DNA of 64,000 nt, taken from positions 1,439 to 65,438 of the forward strand of contig JBGPOZ010000001.1 in assembly GCA_041488295.1 (NCBI GenBank). The letters run 5' to 3'. This DNA comes from Stellaceae bacterium. GTDB taxonomy: Bacteria > Pseudomonadota > Alphaproteobacteria > ATCC43930 > CGMCC-115725. Below the pieces are notes generated by a model. It saw nothing but the letters and a program-made list of their open reading frames with translations. It did no database searches and had not been told where the DNA came from. This document shows, in pieces, positions 19,587 through 28,997 of the stretch. The translations under genes and the position numbers were made by a program. Every line of letters starts with the position of its first letter. Position 1 is the first letter of the stretch.

Positions 19587-20455
19587 GCGAGGCCGCGCGC
19601 GCTACGACAGAAGCTTCATCGACCGATCCGCAAGAGGCTATCCGAGCGCGTGTCGCGGCCGCGGGGACGTCGTTCTACTGGGCGATGCGCATTCTGCCGC
19701 CGCCGCGCCGCAATGCAATGTTTGCGGTCTACGCGTTCTGCCGCGAGGTCGACGATATCGCCGACGAGCCGGCGCCGGAACCGGAGAAACGTGCCGGATT
19801 GGCGCGATGGCGCGACGAAATCGAGGCGCTCTATGCCGGCCGCCCGCGGCACGTCATCACCAAGGCGCTGTTGGTTCCTCTGCGCGATTACGCGCTGCGT
19901 CGCGAGGATTTCCTCGCCATGATCGACGGAATGGAGATGGACGCGGTGGCCGACATCCGCGCCCCGTCGCTTGCCGAGCTCGATCTCTATTGCGCGCGCG
20001 TCGCAAGCGCGGTCGGCCATCTCTCGGTGCGCATCTTCGGCGACGCCTCGCCCGCCGCCGACCGTGTCGCCGAATCGCTCGGCCGCGCTCTCCAGCTCAC
20101 CAACATTCTGCGCGACATTGCCGAGGATGCGGCGCGCGGGCGCCTCTATCTGCCGCGCGAATTACTCGCGGCGCACGGCATCGCGACGACCGAGCCGAGC
20201 GTCGTTCTGTCCCATCCGTCGCTGCCGCTCGTTTGCCGCGATCTCGCGCGGATTGCGCGTCGGCACGACGAGGAGGCGTCCCGGGCGATGCGCGAATGCT
20301 CGCGCCGCGCGATGCGTCCCGCCGCGATCATGCAAGCCGTCTACCGGGCGACGCTCGACCGTCTCGTCGCCGCGGATTGGCGCCACCCCGACCGTCCGGT
20401 GCGCACGCCCACGGCAGTAAAGCTCTGGCTGGCGGTCCGCCATGGGCTCGTCTGA
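19583..20455 (+). CDS. hpnD: presqualene diphosphate synthase HpnD
   Basis: ATGA overlap with hpnC. SFYWAMRILP, YAFCREVDDIADE and LTNILRDIAEDA are Asp-rich squalene/phytoene synthase motifs. Confidence 0.85.
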   Translation: MSEAARATTEASSTDPQEAIRARVAAAGTSFYWAMRILPPPRRNAMFAVYAFCREVDDIADEPAPEPEKRAGLARWRDEIEALYAGRPRHVITKALLVPLRDYALRREDFLAMIDGMEMDAVADIRAPSLAELDLYCARVASAVGHLSVRIFGDASPAADRVAESLGRALQLTNILRDIAEDAARGRLYLPRELLAAHGIATTEPSVVLSHPSLPLVCRDLARIARRHDEEASRAMRECSRRAMRPAAIMQAVYRATLDRLVAADWRHPDRPVRTPTAVKLWLAVRHGLV

Positions 20456-21780
20456 TGGCGATAGGCCGCGTTCACATCATCGGCGCGGGCGTGGCGGGAT
20501 TGTCGGCCGCGGTCGACCTCGCTCAAAAAGGACACAGCGTCGCGCTCTATGAGGCGGCGCCCCACGCGGGCGGCCGGTGCCGTTCCTATTTCGACGCCGA
20601 ACTCGGTTGTCGCATCGACAATGGGAACCACCTCCTCTTGAGCGCAAATACCGCGGCGCTCGGTTATCTCGAGGCGATCGGCGCCACGGGAACGCTGATC
20701 GGTCCGGCGGAGCCGCGGTTCGATTTTTGCGACCTCGCGACCGGCGAGCGCTGGGTCCTGGCGCCGGGATCCGGCAGGTTTCCCTGGTGGATTTTCGATC
20801 GCCGCCGCCGTGTTCCCGGCACGCGTGCCTCCGACTATCTTGCGATTGGCGCGCTGCGCAAGGCCGGCATCGACGATACCGTCGCACAGAGCCTCGACAC
20901 GACGAGCACGCTGTTCCGCCGTCTCTGGCAGCCCTTCGCCGTGGCGGCGCTCAACACCGAAGTCGGGGCGGCCTCGGCAAGGCTGCTGTGGGATGTGCTC
21001 TTCTTGAGTTTCGGAGTGGGAGGAGCGGCGCTTCGACCCGTCGTCCCGCGCGAGGGCCTCTCCGAGAGCTTCATCGACCCGGCTCGCGAATTCCTGGTGG
21101 CGCACGGGGCGGAGCTTCGGTTCGGCACACGATTGCGCGGTCTCGTTAGCGATGCCGAGGCGGTTCGCCGGCTCGATTTCGATGAGGGCGCCGTGGCGCT
21201 CGAGACCGAAGACCGCGTCATTCTCGCCGTCCCGTCGGCGATGGCGGCGCGACTTTTGCCCGATCTCGTCGTGCCGACCGAGTACCGCGCCATCGTCAAT
21301 GCCCATTACCGGTGGGACAGTCCGCCCGACATGCCGCTTCTCGTCGGGGTCATCGGCGGCAATGCCGAATGGATCTTCCGCAAACCCGGCGTCCTCTCGG
21401 TCACCGTCAGCGCCGCCGATCGCCTTATCGACACCCCCGCGGACGCGCTCGCCCAGTTGCTGTGGCAAGACGTCGCACATGTTTGCGGCCTCGGGAGCGC
21501 GCCGCTGCCGGCATGGCGAATCGTCAAGGAAAAGCGGGCAACATTCGCCGCCTCGCCAGCCCAACTCCGCCGCCGCCCACCCGCGAGGACGGCATGGCAC
21601 AATTTGTTCCTGGCGGGCGATTGGACGGCGACCGGCCTGCCGGCGACCATTGAAGGTGCGATCCGCTCGGGGCAAAAAGCGGCGGCGCTGGTCGACGGAA
21701 CGTCAAAAAAATCGTTGACGACAAAAGGCTTACGCGCGACACATTCGCACGGCGCGAGAGCAAAGCGCGTATCGGGATGA
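20455..21780 (+). CDS. hpnE: hydroxysqualene dehydroxylase HpnE (FAD-dependent amine-oxidase fold)
   Basis: The ATG shares one nucleotide with the hpnD stop. The IIGAGVAGLSAA dinucleotide-binding motif and the position between hpnD and shc support the call. Confidence 0.85.
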   Translation: MAIGRVHIIGAGVAGLSAAVDLAQKGHSVALYEAAPHAGGRCRSYFDAELGCRIDNGNHLLLSANTAALGYLEAIGATGTLIGPAEPRFDFCDLATGERWVLAPGSGRFPWWIFDRRRRVPGTRASDYLAIGALRKAGIDDTVAQSLDTTSTLFRRLWQPFAVAALNTEVGAASARLLWDVLFLSFGVGGAALRPVVPREGLSESFIDPAREFLVAHGAELRFGTRLRGLVSDAEAVRRLDFDEGAVALETEDRVILAVPSAMAARLLPDLVVPTEYRAIVNAHYRWDSPPDMPLLVGVIGGNAEWIFRKPGVLSVTVSAADRLIDTPADALAQLLWQDVAHVCGLGSAPLPAWRIVKEKRATFAASPAQLRRRPPARTAWHNLFLAGDWTATGLPATIEGAIRSGQKAAALVDGTSKKSLTTKGLRATHSHGARAKRVSG

Positions 21781-23771
21781 ACGTCGTCCCTCAAGGTGCG
21801 ACCAAGGCCATGGAACGACCCCGTTTGATACCTCTCGAGGCGCGCTCGCCCCGGCCCGAGATGCTTGGCCGGGCGATCGACGATGCGGCGCAGGCATTGC
21901 TTGCGCAGCAACGCGAGGACGGCCATTGGGCTTTCGAGCTCGAAGCCGATGTGACGATCCCGTCGGAATACATCCTGCTCGGCCACTATCTTGGCGCGGT
22001 CGATGCCGCCGAAGAGCGGCGCATCGCCAAATACGTTCGCGCGACGCAAGGCGAGCATGGCGGCTGGGCGCTCTTCCACGGCGGCGCTTTCGACATGAGC
22101 GCCACCGTGAAGGCCTATTTCGCGCTGAAGGCGGTCGGCGATGCGATCGAAGCGCCGCACATGGTGCGCGCCCGCGCGGCGATCCTGGCGCGCGGCGGTG
22201 CCGCTCGCGCCAATGTCTTCACGCGCATCCTGCTCGCCCTGTTCGGCGAGGTACCGTGGGGCGCGGTGCCAGTGATGCCGGTCGAGATCATGACCTTGCC
22301 GCGTTGGTTTCCGTTCCACCTCGACAAGGTCTCGTACTGGTCGCGTACCGTCATTGTGCCGTTGCTCGTTCTCATGGCGGTCCGGCCGTGCGCGCGCAAT
22401 CCCAAGAAGGTTTCGATCCGCGAGCTCTTCACGACGGCGCCGGAAGAGGTCAAGGCTTGGCTGGCGCCGGTCGACGAATCGGTCTGGGGAATTCTATTCG
22501 AGCGACTGGACCGGGTCCTGCGCATCGCCGAGCCGTATTTTCCGAAAGGCGGACGCCAGCGCGCAATCGACGCTGCGGTGACCTGGGTCGAAGAGCGCCT
22601 CAATGGCGAGGACGGACTCGGTGCAATCTACCCGGCCATGGCGAACGCCGTCATGATGTATGACTGCCTCGGATATCCCGAGGACCATCCGCACGTCGTG
22701 ACGGCCAAGGCGGCGATCCGGAAACTTCTCGTATTGGACGAGCCGGAGCGGTCGTATTGCCAACCATGCCTCTCGCCGGTCTGGGATACGGCGCTGGCCG
22801 CCCATGCTCTCCTTGAAGCCGGGGGGCAAGCGGCCGAGGGCGCGGTGCGACGCGGCCTCGATTGGCTGGTCGAGCGGCAGATCCTGGACGTCGTCGGCGA
22901 TTGGGGATCGACGCGGCCGGACGTGCGCCCGGGCGGCTGGGCATTTCAGTACGCCAATCCGCACTACCCCGATCTCGACGACAGCGCCGTCGTCGTCATG
23001 GCGCTCGACCGATGCGACCGTGAGCGCTACCGGAACGCGATCGAGCGGGCGACCGAATGGATCGTCGGATTGCAGAGCCGCAACGGCGGCTGGGGCGCCT
23101 TCGATGCCGACAACACCTACTACTACCTGAACCATATCCCCTTCGCCGATCACGGCGCGTTGCTCGATCCGCCGACCGCCGATGTCTCGGCGCGGTGCGT
23201 CGGCATGCTGGCGCAGCTTGGCTACGACAAGGACCATCCGGCGCTCGGGGCCGGCGTCTCTTATCTGCGCCAGGAGCAGGAAGCCGATGGCTCCTGGTTC
23301 GGCCGCTGGGGCACCAATTACATTTACGGCACCTGGTCCGTTCTTTGCGCCGCCACCGCCGCCGAGCTCGATCCGGCGTCACCGGACATCCGCCGCGCGG
23401 TGGCATGGCTGCTCTCCTGCCAGCGCGCCGATGGCGGTTGGGGCGAGGATGGAGCCTCCTACTGGCCGGATCAGCCGCGCGGCGAGGGCAAGGTCAGCAT
23501 CGCCTCGCAAACCGCCTGGGCGCTCCTCGGCCTCATGGCGGCAGGCGAGGTGGGGAACCCCGCCGTTGCGCGTGGCATCGCCTTTCTCCTCGAGGCTCAG
23601 CAATCCCACGGCTTTTGGGATGAAGAGAGCTATACGGCGGTCGGTTTCCCGCGCGTCTTCTACTTGCGCTACCACGGCTATCGCGCGTTCTTTCCGCTCT
23701 GGGCCTTGGCACGCTATCGCAATCTCCTCAACAGCAGCGCGCCCGCCGCCCAGCCTCAATACGGTTTGTGA
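21777..23771 (+). CDS. shc: squalene--hopene cyclase
   Basis: 664 aa. Repeated QxxxGxW motifs (QREDGHW, QGEHGGW, QSRNGGW, QEADGSW, QRADGGW) and the catalytic DxDD (PDLDDSAV). Confidence 0.95.
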   Translation: MNVVPQGATKAMERPRLIPLEARSPRPEMLGRAIDDAAQALLAQQREDGHWAFELEADVTIPSEYILLGHYLGAVDAAEERRIAKYVRATQGEHGGWALFHGGAFDMSATVKAYFALKAVGDAIEAPHMVRARAAILARGGAARANVFTRILLALFGEVPWGAVPVMPVEIMTLPRWFPFHLDKVSYWSRTVIVPLLVLMAVRPCARNPKKVSIRELFTTAPEEVKAWLAPVDESVWGILFERLDRVLRIAEPYFPKGGRQRAIDAAVTWVEERLNGEDGLGAIYPAMANAVMMYDCLGYPEDHPHVVTAKAAIRKLLVLDEPERSYCQPCLSPVWDTALAAHALLEAGGQAAEGAVRRGLDWLVERQILDVVGDWGSTRPDVRPGGWAFQYANPHYPDLDDSAVVVMALDRCDRERYRNAIERATEWIVGLQSRNGGWGAFDADNTYYYLNHIPFADHGALLDPPTADVSARCVGMLAQLGYDKDHPALGAGVSYLRQEQEADGSWFGRWGTNYIYGTWSVLCAATAAELDPASPDIRRAVAWLLSCQRADGGWGEDGASYWPDQPRGEGKVSIASQTAWALLGLMAAGEVGNPAVARGIAFLLEAQQSHGFWDEESYTAVGFPRVFYLRYHGYRAFFPLWALARYRNLLNSSAPAAQPQYGL

Positions 23772-24436
23772 CGGTCCTCGCCGTCACCGGGTTGCGCGCG
23801 GAAGCGCGGATCGCCGCCGCGGCGGGGCTCGTCCCGGTCTGCGCCGGGGGCGCGCCCGAACGGACAGCGAAGGCGCTAGACCGCGCGCTTGCAACGGGCG
23901 TCACCGGAATCGTCAGCCTCGGCATCGCCGGCGGGCTCGCGGTCGGTCTGCGGCCCGGCGCGGTGATCCTTCCGCGCGCCATCTGTGGCCCCGACGGCGC
24001 CCGCCATCCCGTCTCGTCCGATTGGCATTCGTCCTTGCAAGCTCGGCTCGGCGCCCATGAGGGCGACATTTTCGGGGCGACAGCGACCGTCGTGCGAGCG
24101 GTGGAGAAGGCAGAGCTCCATCGACGGACTGGCGCTGTCGCGACCGATCTCGAGAGCCTGGTCGTGGCGCAAGCGGCGATGCATGCGGGGTTCCCGTTCA
24201 TCGCTCTGCGCGTCATCGCCGATCCGGCCGAGCGCGACCTTCCCGCCGCGGCACTCCTCTCGCTCAAGCCCGACGGCTCTGCAGATCTGCTGCGAATCCT
24301 CGCCTCTCTTCTGGTGAGGCCGGGCCAGCTCCCGCAGCTTCTCGGCCTTGCGCTGGAGGCCCGTCGGGCGCTCCGCGCGCTCGCTCGCGCCGTAACGATG
24401 GTGCGACCACTTTTGCGGCATCACGAGGTCGCATAG
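23768..24436 (+). CDS. hpnG: hopanoid-associated phosphorylase / adenosylhopane nucleosidase HpnG
   Basis: GTGA overlap with shc. PNP/UDP phosphorylase-like fold (GIAGGL, VATDLES) in the conserved position after shc. Confidence 0.8.
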   Translation: MTVLAVTGLRAEARIAAAAGLVPVCAGGAPERTAKALDRALATGVTGIVSLGIAGGLAVGLRPGAVILPRAICGPDGARHPVSSDWHSSLQARLGAHEGDIFGATATVVRAVEKAELHRRTGAVATDLESLVVAQAAMHAGFPFIALRVIADPAERDLPAAALLSLKPDGSADLLRILASLLVRPGQLPQLLGLALEARRALRALARAVTMVRPLLRHHEVA

Positions 24437-24572
24437 CACCGCTCACGGCGACGGTTCGGCGATGTAACGACGGCAACGCCGCGCGATGTGAGACGGGCCA
24501 CACCGCCGCGCCGCGAAAGTGTGTCTAATCCCGGCATTCCTCCGCACCTTTATTCAGGAAAGGAGGCCCTTC

Positions 24573-24944
24573 ATGAAAACCGTCCTTGCCACGCTGACGA
24601 TGGCGATGGTGTCGGTGGCCGCCCCGGCCATGGACGAGCGCTCGGCGCTCGATAGCCCGGTTGGCTGTATCGATGCCGAGGCATTGTGGAATCTGCTCGC
24701 GGCCTGGGAACACCATGACGCCATGACATCGGCTCAGCTGATGGCGGTACGATGCCAATCGCTGGCGAACACGCGCTACCTGCTGGTGGAGCAACGCAAC
24801 GGCGTCTCGAAGCTTCGTGTCTTCAAGAAACCCGACGAATGGGCGACCTCATGGGTCGCCTATACGCTCGATGAGATGGTGGCGCCGGAGCAGGAACTCC
24901 GTTCAAAAGAGCCAGACGCTGTACCGACTGGCTCGTCCTCGTGA
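24573..24944 (+). CDS. hypothetical small exported protein
   Basis: ATG 24573 is preceded by AGGAGG. The N-terminal signal-like segment is MKTVLATLTMAMVSVAAPA. A hairpin plus T-run follows the stop. No family recognised. Confidence 0.55.
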   Translation: MKTVLATLTMAMVSVAAPAMDERSALDSPVGCIDAEALWNLLAAWEHHDAMTSAQLMAVRCQSLANTRYLLVEQRNGVSKLRVFKKPDEWATSWVAYTLDEMVAPEQELRSKEPDAVPTGSSS

Positions 24945-24976
24945 GGCCGACCCGGAGCGGGTCACCCGGCCTTTTT
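24945..24976 (+). terminator. putative intrinsic terminator, overlapping the 3' end of convergent hpnH
   Basis: GGCCGACCCG-gag-CGGGT(caC)CGGCC stem followed by TTTTT (24972-24976), immediately after the 24944 stop. Confidence 0.5.
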
Positions 24977-26095
24977 CGTCGATGCCCGATGCTTGATCCG
25001 GTCGACGGCTTGCTCGACATGCCGCGAGAAGACGTATTCGGCCGGACGCTGACTCGCGAGAGAGATCTCCGGAGCCATTTCACCCTCGGTCCTGACGCCG
25101 TTGATGGCGATGGCGAGCGCTTTCAGCGGGTTCTTCACCGAGTCGACGACGGCGGTCGCCTCGTAGCCGCTGTGCACCATGCAATTGGCGCATTTTTCGT
25201 AGTTGCCGGTCCCATAAGCGTCCCAATTGGTCTCGTCCATCAGCTCCTTGAAGGTCTTGGCATATCCTTCGCCGAGGAGATAACACGGGCGCTGCCAGCC
25301 GAAGTAGTTGCGCGTCGGGTTTCCCCAAGGCGTGCAATGGTATTCCTGGTTGCCGGCGAGAAAATCGAGGAAGAGCGAGGACTGGCTGAACGACCAGCGT
25401 GAATCCTTGCCGCGCCGGAAAATCTCGCGGAACAGTTCCTTGGTCTTGCGGCGGCTGAGAAAATGCTGCTGGTCGGGCGCGCGCTCATAGGCATATCCGG
25501 GCGACACCGTCATGCCGTCGACGCCCATCGCCATGACGTCATCGAAGAAGCGCGCGTAACGTTCCGGGTCGGCGCCGTCGAAGAGCGTGCAATTGATATT
25601 GACGCGGAAGCCGCGCTCTTTCGCCAGCTTGATGGCCTCGACGGCGCGGTCGTAAACGCCGTCCTGACAGACCGATTTGTCGTGATCGCGCTGGTCGCCG
25701 TCGAGGTGCACCGACCACACGAAATATGGGTTCGGCTCGAAGAGATCGATCTTCTTTTCCATCAAGAGCGCGTTGGTGCAGAGATAGACGAATTTCCGGC
25801 GCGCGATGATGCCCTCGACGATCTCGTCGATCTCGCGGTGCAGGAGCGGCTCGCCGCCGGCGATCGAGACGACCGGCGCCCCGCACTCATCGACCGCTTC
25901 GAGGCACTCGGCGACCGAGAGCCGCTGGTTCAGGATCTCCGCCGGATAGTCGATCTTGCCGCAGCCGGCGCAAGCGAGGTTGCAGCGGAACAGGGGTTCC
26001 AGCATAAGGACCAGCGGATAGCGCTTGACGCCCTTGAAATGCTGCTTTGCGACATAGGCGCCGACGCGAATTTTCTGATTCAAGGGAACGGCCAC
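24962..26095 (-). CDS. hpnH: adenosyl-hopene transferase HpnH (radical SAM)
   Basis: 377 aa. Radical SAM CxxxCxxC (CNLACAGC) and a highly characteristic HpnH sequence (YPLVLMLEPLFRCNLAC...GYEATAV). Confidence 0.9.
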   Translation of the reverse strand: MAVPLNQKIRVGAYVAKQHFKGVKRYPLVLMLEPLFRCNLACAGCGKIDYPAEILNQRLSVAECLEAVDECGAPVVSIAGGEPLLHREIDEIVEGIIARRKFVYLCTNALLMEKKIDLFEPNPYFVWSVHLDGDQRDHDKSVCQDGVYDRAVEAIKLAKERGFRVNINCTLFDGADPERYARFFDDVMAMGVDGMTVSPGYAYERAPDQQHFLSRRKTKELFREIFRRGKDSRWSFSQSSLFLDFLAGNQEYHCTPWGNPTRNYFGWQRPCYLLGEGYAKTFKELMDETNWDAYGTGNYEKCANCMVHSGYEATAVVDSVKNPLKALAIAINGVRTEGEMAPEISLASQRPAEYVFSRHVEQAVDRIKHRASTKKAG

Positions 26096-26130
26096 GGAGA
26101 CCCCCGTTTAAGGATTTGTCTGGAGAGAAC

Positions 26131-27066
26131 TCAAGGCGTAGCGTCGGCGAGCTCGGACGGTATGCGGAAGCGGACATTTTCGGTAACGCCGGGGAGTACT
26201 GTCAACTCTACTTCGCCAAGCTCGCGCAGGCGATCGATGAGCTCCTGGACCAGCTCGGCCGGGGCCGAGGCGCCGGCCGTGATGCCGACCGAGCCCGCAT
26301 TCTCGAGCCAGCGTACATCGAGTGCCGTTGCGTCTTCGATGAGATAGCTCGGCACGCCGTGCTCGGCGGCGATCTCGCGAAGGCGGTTCGAGTTGGAGCT
26401 GTTCGGCGCGCCGACGACCAGGACGACGTCGACGATTTCCGCCAATTCCCGCGCCGCGCGCTGCCGATTCTGCGTCGCGTAGCAGATATCCTTGGTGTCG
26501 GGTCCGACGATCGTCGGGAAGCGCGCCTTCAATGCGTCGATGACCGAACGGGTATCGTCGACGCTCAAGGTCGTCTGCGTGATGAAGGCGAGCTTTTCCG
26601 GATTGGCGACGTCGAGCCGGGCGACCTCCTCGGGCTTCGAGATGAGGTGGACGCGACCGCTGATGCGGCCCATCGTCCCCTCGATCTCGGGATGCCCGGC
26701 ATGGCCGATCAGAATGATCTCGCGCCCCTGATTGGCGTAGCGCTGCCCCTCGCTGTGCACCTTCGAGACGAGGGGACAAGTAGCGTCGATGACCGGCAGA
26801 CCGCGTGTCTCCGCGGCATCTTCCACCGAGCTCGAGACGCCGTGCGCGCTGAAGATGGTGACGCCACCGGGCGGAATCTCGTCGAGGTCGTCGACGAAAT
26901 GCGCACCTTTGGCGCGCAGGCGATCGACGACATGCCGGTTGTGCACGATCTCGTGCCGGACATAGATCGGCGGCCCATACTTTTCGATTGCACGTTCGAC
27001 GATCTCGATCGCGCGCTCGACGCCGGCGCAAAATCCCCGAGGCTGAGCCAACACCACCCGCATCAT
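26131..27066 (-). CDS. ispH: 4-hydroxy-3-methylbut-2-enyl diphosphate reductase
   Basis: 311 aa. [23 protein letters not shown] and ICYATQNRQ carry the three cluster-ligand cysteines. Confidence 0.95.
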   Translation of the reverse strand: MMRVVLAQPRGFCAGVERAIEIVERAIEKYGPPIYVRHEIVHNRHVVDRLRAKGAHFVDDLDEIPPGGVTIFSAHGVSSSVEDAAETRGLPVIDATCPLVSKVHSEGQRYANQGREIILIGHAGHPEIEGTMGRISGRVHLISKPEEVARLDVANPEKLAFITQTTLSVDDTRSVIDALKARFPTIVGPDTKDICYATQNRQRAARELAEIVDVVLVVGAPNSSNSNRLREIAAEHGVPSYLIEDATALDVRWLENAGSVGITAGASAPAELVQELIDRLRELGEVELTVLPGVTENVRFRIPSELADATP

Positions 27067-27258
27067 CTAGCCTCTTGTGATCAATGCCGAGGAAACCCAT
27101 TCCATAAGACCACGCTTATTATAGTAAAATTCTCCCGTCGCCAATGATTTGCTCTACATCCGGTGCAAGTCTGTTGCGCCGATCCTGCAAGTCCGAGGAA
27201 TGTGATCTTGACCTCGCGGGAGAGTTTGTGGGACGCGTTTCTAAGAGGGACATTTTGC

Positions 27259-27876
27259 ATGCCAATCTGGGTTAGAACGATCACACAATTCGCCGCGGCG
27301 CTGAGTTTCGCCTTGTTCTTGACGCCGGTGCATGCGGCGGAGTCGCCGCCCGACATGGTGATACAGAATTTCTACGCGACGTTGCTGAACGTCATGAAGA
27401 ATGGTCAAGCCCTCGGCATCAAGGGGCGCTACGACCGGCTGAAACCGGCGATCGACGCTGCGTTCGACCTCCCGTTGATGACCCGTCTCAGCATCGGCCC
27501 GCAATGGCAGAGCCTGGCGCCGCAAGAGCAAGAACAGCTCACCGCGGCGTTCAGCGACTTCACCTACTCGACTTACGCCAATCGCTTCGACGGGTACTCC
27601 GGCGAGCGCTTCGACGTTCTGCCACAAACGAATCCGGCGGCTGGCGGCGTCATCGTGCAAACTCGCCTCATCAAGGGCGACGGCGAGCCGGTAACTCTCA
27701 ACTATTTGATGCGGCAGGAGAATGATCGCTGGCACATCATCGACGTCTTCCTCAGCGGGACAGTGAGCGAACTCGCGACACGGCGCGCGGAATTTACCTC
27801 GGTGCTGCGTCGGGATGGCCCCGGCGGATTACTCAAATTGCTGCAGGATCGTGCCGCCGAGTTGAAGAAGTCGTAA
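27259..27876 (+). CDS. hpnM: hopanoid-associated MlaC/Ttg2D-family lipid-binding periplasmic protein (HpnM-like)
   Basis: ATG 27259 with a signal peptide (FALFLTPVHAAE). The toluene-tolerance Ttg2D family pattern (FDLPLMTRLSIGPQW..L...Q...F...F) and the location inside the hpn cluster support the call. Confidence 0.7.
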   Translation: MPIWVRTITQFAAALSFALFLTPVHAAESPPDMVIQNFYATLLNVMKNGQALGIKGRYDRLKPAIDAAFDLPLMTRLSIGPQWQSLAPQEQEQLTAAFSDFTYSTYANRFDGYSGERFDVLPQTNPAAGGVIVQTRLIKGDGEPVTLNYLMRQENDRWHIIDVFLSGTVSELATRRAEFTSVLRRDGPGGLLKLLQDRAAELKKS

Positions 27877-28010
27877 GTCCAACCGCGTTGCTGAGACACA
27901 AGATTTTGATTGCTCGGCGTCGGAAGCAGGTCGAATTCAGGATCCGCTCTCTACATATTGTGTGATGAGCCGAAGGGTCACGCCCGAGGCGTGGCTGCGA
28001 AAATTGCAGG

Positions 28011-28895
28011 CTAAGGCGTCGTCGATGTGGGTTTACCCGATTTTGCCGGGTCCTCGTACAGATTGTTCTGAAGCGCCGGCGAGACCAGGGAATCCGAATG
28101 CGTACCAGCCAGCTCCTGCGCCCTGTGCTGCCGCCAGAGGCTCCGCAACTGGGCATAGAAGTCGATCGAGGTCTTCTCGACCTCATCGAGGTCGGAGATC
28201 GATTCGGCCCGCTGGTCGACTCCGTCGGTGATGAACCGGACCTTGTTCATATCGGCGATGTGCTCGGAACGGGCGATATAGCGGAAGGGGTCGATGTAGC
28301 CGTCGACTCCTTCGCCGATGGCGTCGCGCGGATCGGAGGGGCCGAGCAGCGGCAGAACGAGATACGGGCCGTCGGACACCCCCCAGCTCCACAGCGTCTG
28401 GCCGAAATCGCCGGTTTGCTCTGCGTATCCCCAATCGGTGGCGACATCGAAGACGCCGCCGATCCCGATCGTCGTGTTGATGGAAAACCGGACGGCCGTC
28501 GTCCCCGCCCGATCGAGTTTCCCCTGCAACATGTTGTTGGCAAAGACGACGGGCTGGTTGAGGTTGTGCAAGACATGGCGAATCGCGGTCCGCATTTGAT
28601 CCGGCAACGCGGTCCGGTAGAGCAGTGCGATGTTCTTGATGAGAAGGCCGTCGAGCACGCGGTTGAACGCGAACGTACCGCGGTTGAGCGGCTCGAGCGG
28701 ATCGTTCGCTTCCTCGAATGCCGCGCGCGCCGCGGGATCGGTCGGTACCGTCGCGCACCCTGACGCCATGAGGGCGGCGCCGAAGGCGATCGACGCTCGG
28801 ATTGCGCGGCGTGGTCCGGCCAATGGGGCTACCTTCTGTTTCGTTCGGCGCCTGCGACCAGACCGGCCAGCCCAGAGCGAGGTATGGTTTGACAA
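28011..28895 (-). CDS. MlaA/VacJ family outer-membrane lipoprotein
   Basis: Lipobox LMASGC. DPLEPLNRGTFAFN...PYLVLPLLGPSDPRD are hallmark VacJ motifs. Confidence 0.85.
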   Translation of the reverse strand: MSNHTSLWAGRSGRRRRTKQKVAPLAGPRRAIRASIAFGAALMASGCATVPTDPAARAAFEEANDPLEPLNRGTFAFNRVLDGLLIKNIALLYRTALPDQMRTAIRHVLHNLNQPVVFANNMLQGKLDRAGTTAVRFSINTTIGIGGVFDVATDWGYAEQTGDFGQTLWSWGVSDGPYLVLPLLGPSDPRDAIGEGVDGYIDPFRYIARSEHIADMNKVRFITDGVDQRAESISDLDEVEKTSIDFYAQLRSLWRQHRAQELAGTHSDSLVSPALQNNLYEDPAKSGKPTSTTP

Positions 28896-28997
28896 ATCGA
28901 TGGCGCGAAGGCAACAGAAATTGCTTAACGGGCAGTTGACGGGTGTGGCGGAGCAGCGCGCCGGTGAGGGTCGAATGACGCAAGGGCCTGAGCGGCG

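Noticed and set aside
19022-20454. Long 5' extensions of the hpnD (from 19022) and hpnE (from 19534) ORFs
   Set aside because: The extensions overlap the preceding genes in another frame and are Arg-rich. Internal ATGs at 19583 and 20455 give canonical N-termini and stop/start overlaps.
27990-28010. Hairpin CACGCC-cga-GGCGTG between hpnM and the MlaA-like gene, considered as a possible terminator
   Set aside because: No T-run follows the stem on either strand, so it is not convincing as an intrinsic terminator.
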